DNA of 64,000 nt from Daphnia carinata (taxonomy: Eukaryota). The notes under the pieces were generated by a model. It was given only the letters and a program-made list of their open reading frames with translations. It was not told where the DNA came from and did no database searches. Below are positions 36,131 to 49,240 of the stretch, in pieces. How positions within the stretch are numbered: position 1 is the first letter of the stretch; the number at the start of each line of letters is the position of its first letter. The DNA is taken from NCBI RefSeq assembly GCF_022539665.2, contig NC_081331.1:8928001-8992000 (forward strand). Direction: 5' to 3'. The translations under genes and the position numbers were made by a program.

Positions 36131-38008
36131 CTATTTCAAAATTAAAATCCTGTCATAGCTAATGCTTGTTTTTAATTTTTTTAAATGCTAAATCATATAT
36201 ATTTTCTTAACCTCTTTTTCTACCTTAAATTAATTTCAATCGCATGGTTCTTATAAGCCAAACGGCTAGTCTGGTTTCAATTTTATCCCTGATGGACCAT
36301 TCCTGTATCGGGTACACGACATTGGATTTTTCTCGCCCTCCCAATGGAAGATATATCGGTCAGCGATTACTCTCCCAAGAGTCTCGGGTGATACAAGGAG
36401 GGGCTTACAAGACGGATACACCAGAAGATATCTAGTTTCCGATTCGAAGAGGTTAATCGTGACCAACAGAAAAGTAACTTTTTCCCTCTTCGTCATTATC
36501 CCCGTTCCCGTTATCGATATCAGATTCCGTGTCTTTTCAGATTTGTATAATTCCGAGCGGTTTACTCAACAGCACTTTCATCACAATTGGCGATATTGTA
36601 AGAGATGAATCGCGGTCAATGCGGTTTATTTGAAAGGTAAAGAAAACAGTTTACAAAATGGTTAGCTATGGTCTAGAGTAGAGTGAGAATCTAGAAACTT
36701 TTTTAATAAAAAAAATCTAATAAACTTTACTGCAACGCTTGTGACGCGGAAGAAACTGACCCCGATTTGGCTGTGTGGCCTCCCTTTGTATCCATCCATA
36801 ATGGGCGTTTTTCGAGTTCCGATGAACTCAGTCGATGCCTAGGTTAGTTGCATGATAACCTTCCAGTGACATTTTGGTTACCAGACAGTGCCGTAGCTCT
36901 TCGGGTTTTTTTTTTTTGCAAAGGCCGACGTTTGCTGTCGTTACAATATCCTATCACAACATGTCTTCCACTTCGGCAGCCTTGGCAAGTAAAAAGCTTG
37001 CTTTGTGTCAGAAACCGGTGCTGGAGCCCGACGCTTCGTGTCAATTTCAGTCTAAATGCAACACAAAATAAAAGCAAATAAACGAAAAGAACTTAAGGGA
37101 GCTTGCGATAATGGAGGTGGGGAATACCTCGACTATTTTTTTGCGACTGTGTCGACTCACCAGCCATTTTATGTCTACATAGAAATCATCAAAATTCTAG
37201 TAGTCTATCAAAGTCTTTTCGAAGCATAGAAATTCAGCATGCCGTCCTCATTAATGTAACCATCCAAATCAGGAGACACTTCTATATAAGCTGAATAAGG
37301 CAGCAGTAAAGCTCATCTGTTTGTGAAGAAATGAGGACGATTAGGTATGAAAGCAAATCCAACCAAAAATCCCGTCCATTTTTTTTCAAAAACTTCGTGT
37401 TTTGAATCTTGTGTTGGTTAACAACTAATTTAGTGCTTTCATCGACTATAGGGATATCTGCCGCAATTAGTTTTCTACAATTCGGATTTTAAACTGTGTT
37501 GATTTGCTGTTCTTGCTAAGCTACCTTTTCCGGTCCTGTCCAGCTGCCTGTGCGTTTCCTGTTCAGCGGTCAAAAAATATCTATGCTAGGATTGACGGTG
37601 AAATGTGACTAGGGACTAGGCCAACCGTGGTTTGTCGAAAAAAAATCGGCAAACCGTAGGTTCAACTTAGCCATTTTCGACTGCGGTTGGAGGTTGTTGT
37701 TTGGGTTTGACTGGCCGTGTAGTCTCTCCGTACTAGCTGCACTTGTACTAGTTTAAACTAGTACTATGACACGTAAAAGAATATCAAAATCCAGGAAAGA
37801 TTTCGATTCTTCAGGTGCCAAATAACGTACAAGTTCGGCCTTATCAAACAGTGGAGACGCCTTATTCGACATCAGTGTAACTAATGATGGAGCATCAATT
37901 TCATTGATTGTCAGACATGACGAGAGACATGTTGAGTATTCCAGCCACTAACGCAGGCAGTGGGAGCGCGTTCAGCACGCGAAAAGATGTTTTTGGGATT
38001 GCTCGTAT

Positions 38009-38364
38009 CAGCCTTGCCGTTCGATTATTTCTCGGGCGATAATCGCAAAAAAAAAAAAAATGGTGATAATTTTTTTAAAATTTGATTTTAGATTGATTCG
38101 TTAGAAATAATTTTTCCGATTGTTTTTAGGCGCTGCCTAGCGGTAAGAAATTTATTTTCCATGGTAAATTAGTATCTCGTATTTTTTATGGTAAGCTTAC
38201 TTCCATGAGAGGACCCTTGACTAAAAAGTCTCGTCACTATTCATAGATATCACTAAATAATCGAAAAATGATCGAAATCAAAAATGTTTTTTTTTATTTG
38301 ATCACCAATTAAAATTTTAATCGAAATCGCGATTAAAATTGAATCGCGATTACAGAAGGTCTGG
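38009..38364. mobile_element. MITE-like element, family B (AATCG/CGATT-rich)
   Basis: Right end CGCGATTACAGAAGGTCTGG is the reverse complement of the CCAGACCTGCCGTAATCGTG end at 46876. Left end CAGCCTTGCCGTTCGATT is a degenerate version of the same terminus. Confidence 0.6.
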
Positions 38365-38494
38365 CTCGTGTGAACCTAAGCCTAGAGCCTATTTTAAAAT
38401 ATTGACCCCGAGCCTATTATAAAATATTGAGAAATATTTATTACTTTTATCGCACTTTGTCATATTGGTCAATATTGGTCACTTGGTCATATTG

Positions 38495-41154
38495 TCTTCG
38501 AAGCATCAATCTAGTTTGCGCTAAAGTTAAACTGCAGGTTGGCGATCAATTTTTAGAAGTTTGTGGCATAAAAATGCGTAGTGCCACGTACTAGCTTACC
38601 GCCTGTGTCTTTCACCAATGTGGAGATTCCATAACAATGATACTTCAGTACAATCCTACAACGTATCAAGAATTACAGGAGGTGAACGGAATGAATTTAA
38701 TGGGGCCGCCTTCAGTGACAAGCTGGAGCAGCGAATACGACGGCAATGGTGGAAGGTCGCACCAGCTATCCAAATCGCGCTCAGGATCACCTACACCATG
38801 CAATTCCCCCCGGCATTCGCGAGATCACAGCAACAATAGTGGTAATGGAAGCAGTCGAAAACTGACGCAATTGATCTAGTTTCGGCGTCGTTATGGAACA
38901 CCTCACAATTTGATCGGTATGTTTTGTGTTTTTTGTTTTCTTACTATCTCTTTGCTCTGCAAAACACAGTCTTGACTGAAGTGTTTGTATGCTTGTGTCC
39001 ACGTCTACTCATCCATTGAGTGTATGACTGGATTTGCCTATTTTTTCTCATGGAAAAGACAATATGTTTTGGTATTCCAAAATTGTAAAATATTCTTTTC
39101 CGTATCTTGCTTTGAATATCCGTACCATTGAATACTCGTTAAAATATTGCGCAATCTAAAAATTACAGCCAAATTAGTTTTTGCCTTTCGTATTTTGTTC
39201 TCTGATAAATTTTTTAAGTGTTGATTTGTTTCAAAGGTTGATCGATCGTAGAAGTGAATCTCTGTCTTCAATAGTTCGACCTCCTTCAGTTCACGGCACT
39301 CTTACACGTCATCATGCTCTAGGTACTGTACTTTAAAAAGGCCAACCTCAGTAATAATTCCGACTACTATAATGTGACTGTTGGGATCGTGATAGGGAAC
39401 TGCGTCTTGTTCCTCTTGAGACGAAGAAAGTACACAGTCTTGGGATTAGCTTGGTTGGTGGAAACGCAGTGGGAATTTTCACTCACGCCGTCCAAAAGGA
39501 TTTAGGCCTACCAGCTTTTAAGGTATGCTTCGTTTGTCACATGCATTATAAAAACTTTCCTTTGGATGAAAATTTTTTTATTCAAACCTTTACTGTCGTG
39601 GATTGCAAAAGCTTGAAAGTGAAAATTTCACCGACTTCCGTTTTCGTAGGGTGATTTGCGTTGTGGTGACCGAATTCTTGAGTTCAACAGTGTTAACATA
39701 CGAGATTATACGTCTGAACAAGCGGCGTGCGAGCTAGCGAAACCCACTGAAAAGGTGACGCTCGTTGTTCAATATGACATGGAGCGCTATCGAGAAACTG
39801 CCGTGCAACCAGATGATAGTTTTTACGTTCGAGCTCAGTTTATATGATGGCGTTCGACAGCCACGAACAAATAGAACTCGGCTTCCGTCGAGACGATGTT
39901 TTTCATATCAATAAAGCCATGTTTAATGGCGTTCCAGGTAATCTCCGTTCTTTGTTGACATAATTGGGAACATTTTCTGTTTGCCAATGACTAGAAAAAA
40001 TATGCATTTTACCATTTTGTTCTTGTAGGATTATGGAGAGCGTGGCTTGTTGATAACAATGTCACAAAGTCCTTTGCGGTGTCATACCTTCCAAGTATAA
40101 AATTGAAGAACTTCTCCAACACTCAAGTCTAGCTGACTTAGATCACTAATCACGACGTTCTTCAACATCAGCACGACGCAGTTTTTTCAGAAGGAAAAAG
40201 CATACGCGTAGTTCATCAAGAGATTGAAAGGAGATTGCAAGTTTTTCCGATGCAAGTTTACAATTAGGATCGTCAGAGGGTTTAGGCCTCTCTTCTATCT
40301 ACCTCCCGGTAGTACTGCCATATCTGCTGTACATGTGAGTTGATTGCAATTATTTTGAACAAATAGGAAACTGTTCCTCCGCTTCCTGTTTCATATGCTT
40401 AGGTTAAAAGATACGATTGCAAAGAAACACGCCGCGTTATAACAGTAGGGCCACTCTTGGATTATGTTGTTGACAAAATCGTCAAAGCATTTCCACGAAA
40501 TTTCGTTCGCGTAATGCCAGTTAATGCCTTACTCTGAATCATACATGGAGAAAAACCTTGATGAAAAAAATTTCATTGAATATCGACGAAAAGGAAGGCA
40601 CTATGAATGCATTACCGTATGCACAGTTCAAAGTGTTGGCGAAAAGAACTTGCATGGCGTTTTAGACGTTTATTTAAATGCCGTGTCGCGATTGCATAAC
40701 CGACATTGTTTACCGATTATTATTCTTTTGAAGTTCAGCTAAACATGTTCTTGAGATTAAAGACACTCGCGTACCATCCGACAAAACTGCAGCTAAAGCA
40801 GCAAAAGAAATGTATAAACATGTTATCGAAGTGGAAGCTAAGCATCGTCATCTCATATCGGGTGATTCACAGTTTTTTTTAAATTGCCCATTGACTTCCA
40901 AGTTGCCATGGAGACGTCTTGTATTTGAATGGTGCTACGATTAACCCGTTCGTGTATTGTCCTTCGTTCTACAGCCCTAATACCAGAAGGTGACAATTTG
41001 GCGTATTTGCATACGCACGTATCTGCAGTAGTCGAACAGGTTAGTATTCGTCTCAACTAGGATTTCATAGTCTTTCTAATTTGCCTTAAATGCGGTCTCT
41101 CGAAATTATTAGGAACAAACAAAAATTATGTGGGTGCCTCGCAGCTCAATCTAG
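38495..41154 (+). pseudogene. DLG5: Discs large 5 (Dlg5) pseudogene fragment: PDZ3(part)-PDZ4-SH3-GUK, introns retained, 5'-truncated
   Basis: LQVGDQFLEVCGIKMRSATY* (TAG 38592-38594), LGISLVGGNAVGIF, LRCGDRILEFNSVNIR...AACELAKP, DSFYVRAQF, ARRSFFRRKK, FIEYRRKGRHYECITV, and terminal EQTKIMWVPRSSI*. Further in-frame stops at about 40147, 40225, 40400 and 40740, plus frameshifts (for example in SH3 near 39841). Confidence 0.88.
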
Positions 41155-41455
41155 TGAATTACCGTACAGCATTTCAATTTGTGATGAGCAGCCTTCTCGG
41201 TTACTTACCGATTTTTAACGTTGTTTTGCCTCTTGCTGGCTGACCTTCTTTCTTTGTACTTTTATAGCTATTTTGATTGTGTGAATTATTTACCGACTTT
41301 TTCGCATTTGAGCTAGATTCAGCAAGCGCATGTACATTGTGTTGATTATATATTGGACAATACATTCAAGCAATACTGCATTGATCAATCTAGTACAACA
41401 AATTTCGCTAAAATTTAGTACCGGAACGAATTTTATTTTCGCTGGTTCTACAGAC

Positions 41456-43496
41456 TTAATCTAAATCGATGCGAGACAATGACAATTTTGACTCACGCAA
41501 ATTCTTATGCGCCAGCAATAAGTTTTCCATGGCGATACCTTTTTCTACGCGGGTATTGTTGGTCGTACTTTTCAAACGCTCACGCATTCCATAAACAGCC
41601 GCAGTTCGACAAAGTTCTCTGATGTCCTTGCCCGAAAAACCTTCAGTTAATCGTGCCAGTTGCTCCAGATCGACGTCTAATAACAAAACTAACTGAATTC
41701 TCACAACAAAATAAAAAAGAAAGGCTGTCATTTTCGTACGTATCAGTAGCTAAGGGTTCGTTTTTCAAGATTGTTTGTGCAATCTGCCGACGCTGTTCTG
41801 TACCCTACACAGTTAAGACCCAAATAGATTTACATTAAAAAAAAATTATTAATATTTTCTACAAATCCTGTCGTGATATACCGGAAGTCCTATGTGGAAA
41901 AATGCAGGCATTCGACGTACGATATCTTCATCGACGTCCTGAGGTCGGTTCGTTGTACCTAAAACAACTTTAGTCAGGACAACAGAAAAACAATTATTCT
42001 ATTATTCATAGTTAATTCAAAACCTAGGATGTTCTACTAACCGACGCAACTTTTTTTATTGTCTGTGGTTAGACCATCCTGCGTATCAACATGAAAGCAA
42101 CATTAATGAATAAATTCTCTATTGGGGCACATACAATTGGTGTTTTATCGATTACAATTGACCAGAAGTGCCTTGTCTGGGGTGTAGGGGAAGTAGGTAG
42201 GGGTTGGAACAAAAACCTCATTTTTGTTCCCTACGATTACAAAAATCGTCCTACTAGACTAAAAAATATATAGATTTGTAGCCAGTTATCTCAGCTACAT
42301 AACAGTATTTTTTGGGTGGGTTCGGGAAAGATGAACGTTTGCTATGTGTAAAAACTGGAGGTACCTCAAAATGTTTCAATTGCCAATTCTACTCGGCAAT
42401 TGAAACAGGGCGTCTGGGCAATTGAAACGTGGGTTTTCCCATAAGAGAGCTCCCGGTTTTATGTAGAAACTTAAATGTCGATATCTCAGAATCTGGGATA
42501 CGTATTCTGATGAATTTTTTACAGTAATACGAAGAATTTTAATCTTTATTTTTTAAGATGTGTTATAACTTTATGTAGTAACTAGATATTATTTAATGAA
42601 TTTCGGTAGTTTCGGCTAATACGCTGCATAGGGCTATAACACCGTTGCACGACTACAGTAAGGGGGACGCGCATACGGAAATCGCAATTGGAAAATGGTG
42701 TTCCAATTGCCCCTAGCATGGTTCTTTTACGGAGTTTTAATGTTTATAGGGGATAAAATTTAGCTAGGGAAAAATTAATCTTATCAATTTATAGCTTAAT
42801 GAACGACGAATGAATCAAGACCTTTTTTTAATGATTTCCTCCATCGTTTTAGGTGTGAAAACGAAAAAATTGTCTGCCAAAAAACTACAAATGGACAGTC
42901 AAAAAACAACTTTCTGGGATAACTCGAAAACTTTTAGAGTCTAAAGCCTCCAATTTTTTCTAAAAATGTAGAACCCTAATTCCCGTTAGCTCAAATTTTT
43001 TAACGAAATCTCTTACATACTTTAAGTGGTAGAATTTTTGTTTCAATTCCCACGTGTTCCAATTGCGCCCTACCTCTCTTACCCTGGAAGGCGATCTTTC
43101 TTAATTACCGTAAAGGATGTGCTAACTTTCTTCCCTATTACACACTTATGACACATTCTTGGATAGCCAATGAAAACTCATGTGTTGGTCGCTGCCAATT
43201 GCATACCCAAGACCAGCAGCTGCGGCACAAATATGGCAAGTTAGAGAATGTTTCTGACAACTACTATACCCAGTGCGACATGAAAAGGGCCTTCACCATA
43301 GCGGTCGCTTCATGGTCGTTTGATTTTCTTGAACAAAGACAAAAACTCATCACCATTTTTAGAACAAAAACTTGATTAAATTACCTGGAACGAAAGAGAG
43401 AGTCAATTTCGTCGATAAATATAAAGCACGGCTGAATTTTTACTGCTAAGGAAAAAACCGCAGTTGCAATTTTTTGGCTCTCACCATACCACTTGC
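41456..43496 (-). pseudogene. ATAD1: ATAD1/Msp1 (nmd)-like AAA ATPase fragment, 3' half only
   Basis: Exons: 43385-43496 ([37 protein letters not shown]), 43270-43327 (KSNDHEATAMVKALFMSHW), about 42042-42078 (DGLTTDNKKSCV), about 41881-41968 (VLGTTNRPQDVDEDIVRRMPAFFHIGLP), about 41744-41804, and 41456-41676 (DLEQLARLTEGFSGKDIRELCRTAA). No TM or Walker A exons found upstream. The donor after 41744 reads AT instead of GT. Confidence 0.82.
42380..43075. mobile_element. Dispersed repeat family A, copy 3 (longest, MITE-like), in an ATAD1-fragment intron
   Basis: CAATTGAAACGTGGG (about 42419) is approximately inverted to CCCACGTGTTCCAATTG (about 43049). Local palindrome GTTTCAATTGCC-n10-GGCAATTGAAAC near 42373. 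Homologous to 15078-15384 and 35973-36130. Confidence 0.7.
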
Positions 43497-43544
43497 AATT
43501 TTAAAAATTTTGTGATTTTTTTTCCCAAATAACGGTGTGCTGTC

Positions 43545-43870
43545 GAATAAAACTTTCGAATAAAATTTCGAATAGAATAACGCAAAAAATCGAATATTTT
43601 ATTCGTTATTCGTCGAATAAAAAGGTCCTTATTCGCATTCGTTATTCTTATTCTTTTCAAATTCGTATTTTGTCACTTCGAATACAGTTTCGAATAAGTA
43701 ATTTTTTTGTACGGCAGGAAGTCTTGTTTTGATTGCTGTTCTGTTTTTTTTCTGAAGGAAGGCTAAATGCCATTTTTATTCGATATTTGATTCGAAAACT
43801 TATTCGTTATTCGAAAATTATTCGTATTCGCGAATAAAACGTCCATTTTATTCGTTATTCATTATAAACA
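43545..43870. repeat. TATTCG/CGAATA-rich repeat (probable MITE remnant)
   Basis: Many copies of CGAATA on the left and TATTCG(TTATTC) on the right, with self-complementary organisation. It abuts the truncation point of the ATAD1 fragment. Confidence 0.6.
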
Positions 43871-45182
43871 TTTATCATTTTATTCATTATGATTTCTCAC
43901 AATCGTCATCCTAAACAAATTTTGTGATAATTAAGTATTGTCACGCGTACAAATTATAACGTAATAATTAAACGGGTTGCGCTTTACTCTATTTAGAGTT
44001 GTGGGTAGAGATTCACCCCTTTCACCTCTCTATAAACTTAGAAAAAAACGAAATTTCTAACGTAGTTGAGCATAGACGTTTGCTAATCGTAAGCATCGAG
44101 TATTTAAAAGAAAGGAGCCGCTTTTCCGTGTGTGAGAGTTTGGTTGGTGTGGTAGTGTGTATGCGTGTAGGAGTTTGATTTGCGTTACTTTCGACCGGCT
44201 TTTTATCCGGGTTGTGCTTGTCTTCTTTGATGCGGTGTGGTGTTGGACACTATCAGTGTAGTTAAGTATAGTGTATTCGTTGATAGTGGAAGTAAGTCAG
44301 TATATGCTGTGTTGGCGTATAGGGATCAGCCAGTGAACGGATTGGCATCCACATGGGGAACTTACGCAACGCCCCTGAATGCGTAACTGTGACGGTATAT
44401 TTTTTACGTTTTTGAAATTCGAAAACTAAACACAATCTTCTCAGTCGTATACCATACCAATAGGTCATCTATTCTTATAGTTTGTGTAAAATCTAAGAAA
44501 GTACTAAATTGGAATACATCGATACGATTCGTTAAAAGTAACAAGAAAAATATTTAAAAAATGGACAATAGGAAAAGTTTCGATCTCTTAAAAATTTGGA
44601 TGAAATCGAATTTGAAGCCACGTTACGAGAAATACCCGTTACTGATTATACGAAACACTCAGGAAAACTTACAACTTTTGCAGTAAAATAAATAAAGAAT
44701 TTTAAATAGTACTAATACTTATATTCTAAAATAATTTAAATCAATATTTCAATCATTTAATTTAAGTTGTTATCGTTTGTGTCTATACGTGCTGCCCCTG
44801 CGCGCAGGGCTGTAGGGGGCACGGGCCTGCAAATTTAGTGAGCCCCCCCCCCCCTTTTTGTTTTCTTTTGCCCCTTTTTGGAAGGTAAAGTCAGTTCGCA
44901 TTAAGTTGTTCACCCACAGTGGTCCGTTTTGTCTTTTCATCGAGTAACTTTGTCTCAGTTTGTTCCTTTGTCCCCAAATCAAGCGTTCTTTTTTTTTTGT
45001 TTATCCCCAAAACCCAGAAATAAAGCGTGTTTCTTTTTCTCACATCATCTCTTCCTTCAGTCATTCTCATATTCATCATCCTCATTTCTCTCTCTGTTGC
45101 ACTTTATGCACGAGAGTCTGCAACAGTTTGTATTAAAAATTTTTCACTTTATTAAAGTAAAATCTCAAAGTAAAAGAATAGA

Positions 45183-45245
45183 AACCAAGAATCGAACTTT
45201 GGACTTCCAATATACAGGGTCTTTCCTTTGCCGCTATGCCAACGC
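45183..45245 (-). repeat. Degenerate tRNA-like (SINE-head-like) sequence
   Basis: Minus strand reads GTTGGCATAGCGG (A-box-like) ... CCAAAGTTCGATTCTTGG (B-box/T-loop with a stem). No canonical anticodon arm. A second, more degenerate copy lies at about 45553-45615. Confidence 0.45.
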
Positions 45246-46875
45246 TGTTGAAATTGTTAGAGAAAACACATGAAACAATCAATTGAACGTTATCAATACA
45301 TTCCAATGCAAAATTTAAAAAATTAGAATTTTAATATTTATAAAATAGAACCTATTATATTTAATTTTATATCTACAGCTTCTAAATGCCATTCAGGCAA
45401 TCTTACCAAATCAGCAACTTGAGAAAAGTATCTTCAATATTACTAATCCTGATATTTTAGATCTTAATTTTCAGTTATAGTAGTAGTCGCAGTCCTTTTG
45501 CATTAACGTTTTCTCAATTTGCTCAGTTGAAAGCTAAGATAAAAATATGACGTTAGGAAATCGAACCCTGGAGTTTCAATTCACTATCCCCTTCGCTATC
45601 ATTATTCCAGCACGGCAGAATTCTTTCATAGAAAACTCCGTGAACCATGAATTTGATTTTACCGATTGGTTCCTATAGGAAGAAAAAAAAATTAGAAATT
45701 TGAAAATTTCATAAAAATTCTTTTCGTGGATTTGAAGCCAGGAACACCGATTATAAAATCGCATTTTATACCCACCAACCCATGCCATTATTAATATATT
45801 AATGAAGTTTAGTCACTACCGCTGAAAACTAATGTTGGGAATACTGATGCCGAATCAGCGATGCATTTGTATTCAGATTATCGATTCAACGCTATTTACT
45901 GATTGGGATAAAAGTACAATGAGCCGCTATATTTGAAATGGGGCTTAATTGTTTGATTAAACGACCTGTGTCGACCAAATATTACGCCTATTTTGGCTCC
46001 TCTGTTATTTATAAATAAAGATATTTATCTGAAATACACCAACCCACAGTTTATTACCGTGGAATTAAAACATTATTATTGTCTGTGAACGATCTCTAAC
46101 GACAAACGTACAGATTCCTTTTGTTGCAATTGATACAATTTCTGGGAACATTGCATGAGCAGGAACATCTATCATGCTAATAAAAATCATTTTTTATTTT
46201 TTATAAATTGAATGAATGTAAATGATACTACCTCTTTCAAACATTGACCCGTCTTTGTTGTCAAACTTCCCTTGGCAAAAGAACCCTGTAGGCACGCAAT
46301 GTATATAAGTCTTGTGAACCAATACCCTTTTATTGAAGGGGAACTGAAAATGGGTGTTGGTGTCACAAAGGTTGCACAAATTGGAGCTGTCACAAATGTT
46401 ACAAACTAGGGAGCATTTATCTAAAGTACTTCCGTTGCCCTCAATGTAGTCCATATTATGGGTATTTCAACAATCATACACAAATAGAAGAAGAAAAACA
46501 CGCCTAGAACTACTGAGAACAACTTGTTAACTGGGGCTGTGTATTTCGCGGGGTAACATGCGATAACAAGCTAACAGGTACCTTGGAAATTAATGCCAAG
46601 CAAAATAATTTCTGAAAGTTGACTCCTTTTGATTCTTCAAATTTTCATCTACCTCAGCGTTATGAGTCACGGAACTTTCATAATGTGTTGTCATCTGGCG
46701 ACTTGTCTGGCTTTCTTTGCCAAATTCGAATGAACCGCCTTTTTGCTTGCAGGGAATTCGTCTGCTAATAACGAAGAGAGGGAATTAGCCGCTAGATGCT
46801 ACGCCAAAATGTGTCATGTTGGCTTTAACAGGACCGTGTACCATCTTCTTATCTCTGCAAATACGATACAGATGC

Positions 46876-47000
46876 CCAGACCTGCCGTAATCGTGATTTT
46901 GATTAAAATTTTAATCGGCGATTAAGTCATCTTTGAATTATCGAATTCGGCGATTAGATTAAACAATTTTTCATTTTAAATTTTGATTGTTTTCCGATTA
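46876..47000. repeat. Family B repeat, second copy (end fragment)
   Basis: CCAGACCTGCCGTAATCGTGATTTTGATTAAAATTTTAATCG matches the reverse complement of about 38305-38364. Confidence 0.6.
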
Positions 47001-47226
47001 TTTAGTGACATCTATGAAGATAGATGAGATTATATGAAAGTGTACTCATAGCTTGGTCGGAATTCCAGTCGGGTTCTTTTCCCCTTGAGTTCTTTATCGA
47101 TACAAGTACTGTTTCAGTTCCATATCATTTAATTCTGTGACCAGCACACGTTCAACATTGTTCAATATTCGTCAACGTTCAATATTGCCGTATACGTAAT
47201 ACGTTTATAATATATTAAATATAATA

Positions 47227-47450
47227 TACAGTACCTGCCAAAAGTTTCCGGACAGCCGAGAGCGGCTTATGGAAAAACCAGTTTTTCTTTAAACTCTTAA
47301 AAATATACTAATCATCGGACATAGATGATTCTGAAAATGAAATTTGTCCTTAAGATTAGTTTTATTCATGATTTTTTTTTGGGAATTTTTCTTTCACGGG
47401 AAAGGCCCTTTAAAAAAGCAGGCAAAAGTTTCCGGACAGTCGAGAGGGCC
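47227..47450 (+). mobile_element. Solo end of a Tc1/mariner element with IR/DR architecture
   Basis: TA|CAGTACCTGCCAAAAGTTTCCGGACAG resembles a Tc1-type terminus (TA target, CAGT...AAAAGT). The CAAAAGTTTCCGGACAG(C/T)CGAGAG block repeats directly at 47239 and 47423. No matching right end or transposase seen. Confidence 0.65.
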
Positions 47451-49240
47451 AGTAGTAAATGGGGCTACTTTGGCTTTCATGTACGCGACGATAAATGGGG
47501 CTACGAGGGCGTTTTTGGGCTTAAAAAAAAAAGGCATCATTTAAACTATAATCTAATATGAGATTTTGCATATCATGCCATATGCAGAATCACTATAATT
47601 TTGAGTTAAAAACGGCAAATTTTTATTCCAAGGTAATTTGCGCTATCTTCTCATCCCGCATAGTTGCCGATTTTCCTATTCCTCTACATAATAAATCGGA
47701 GCGGAAAATTTTTTTTAGAGCCTATAGCTGCTGCTGCTGCCGCCGTAGCGCCCTTGAATATTTTCCGCTCCGATTTGAAAAGTAGATAAGTAGGAAAATA
47801 GGAGGAAAGTAGGAAAGTATTACTAAATTAAATAAATATAAAACCCCTTCCGTCCTATCCCGCCTATGTAATATAAAGAGATGCAATTCAGAAGCTTGCG
47901 ACGCGCGCGTTGTAGTTCGCACGTTCAATTACAGAGTGTGAAATTTGTAAATTATGACAGTGAGAACTGCAAGTCATTGTGTGACTAACAGCACGTAACA
48001 AAATGATTACAGTGAACCATTTCACCATCGGTACACTGATCGACACTCCACCACTGGACAACAACCCATATTGCTAGGGTACAATCATTCTTTTCCTTGT
48101 GCAGGCGTTGCGGCGCACCGAGCTCAAACTAATACCTAAATAGCCAGATACACCATATCCCTGAAGCCGAGTACTATAGCAATGGGATTTTGCCATGACT
48201 CCAACGAAATCAAGAAACAAGTGTCTTTGCTGTTGTATTGACAAACCTTTAAGATTTCTTCAAGTACAGACTCGGGGATTTAGCAGTTGCCAATAGTGAC
48301 ATGTGGATGAGGATAAGTTCTAATTAAACTTTGATAGCGAAGAAGTCACGGTGAACGTGTTTGACTCATCGTTGGGAAAAAGTTGTTTTCCAACACAATG
48401 CAGTTATACAAATTTACCGAAACACTTTCTGTCAAAGCTTGAGGTTTCAGAAAATCAAATTCAGGTATCATACTTCACCAACTGTAATGTGAAAAGTGAG
48501 CGACTCGTCTTCGGTAAACAAAAGCTTTCAAATAGACGAACGATTGCCTCGACCTTGGTCAGTATTACTCAAGTCCCGTTTAAATTTAAGAGCTGGGTAA
48601 GATTTTAACATAAAAAATGGTCAAATAACAAAAAAGGGCAGCACTTTCTTTAAGGCGCGCAAATTTTGTACTTAGTTAACTGACTAAATATTACAGGTTG
48701 TTTTTCCTATAACCCAAAGTATTGAAAACAGATGCAAAACTCGAGACAAGAACGGGAAAGAAAAATTAAGACCGAGATCGAGCAAAAGTTTGGCTACGCA
48801 TTTTCTGCACAAATGGTTCGCAATCAAGCACACAAGTTGACGAGAGCAAGGTGGAGGGAGAAAAGCCAGAGTTCAGGTTCTTTCCACGATAAAAAAAAAC
48901 CGGAAAAAAAAACAAAAAAGGAAAAAGAGAAAAAAATAACAAAAAAATTTTGACCCGCTTACAACCAACGCGCCCAGATTTTCTAAAAAAAATTAAATTA
49001 AGACAATCCCCTCCTCATGTACGCTAGAGTTAACAATTCCTATAGTCATTACTTGTAATTTTTTTTTTAGGTGGAGATGGCTAACCAAGAGAAAATGCTT
49101 AGTATGACCCAACACAAGGTTGTTTTAGTACCGGCACAAAAACAAAGGTTGTAGAAGAGTTCGGCAAGGATGATTTATTTTCCCGTCCAATATCCCGCCA
49201 TTCCCCACCCTTGCATACGCTCTTTTCTTGAGTCATGAAT

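Noticed and set aside
36244..36435. 63-aa ORF near a TATCGATA (DRE-like) motif at 36512-36519
   Set aside because: No homology recognised, and a single 8-mer is not enough to call a promoter.
46194..46454. 86-aa Cys-rich minus-strand ORF (CNIC...CNLC)
   Set aside because: No recognisable family or splice structure, and it lies in a repeat-rich interval. Possibly a transposon remnant, but unsupported.
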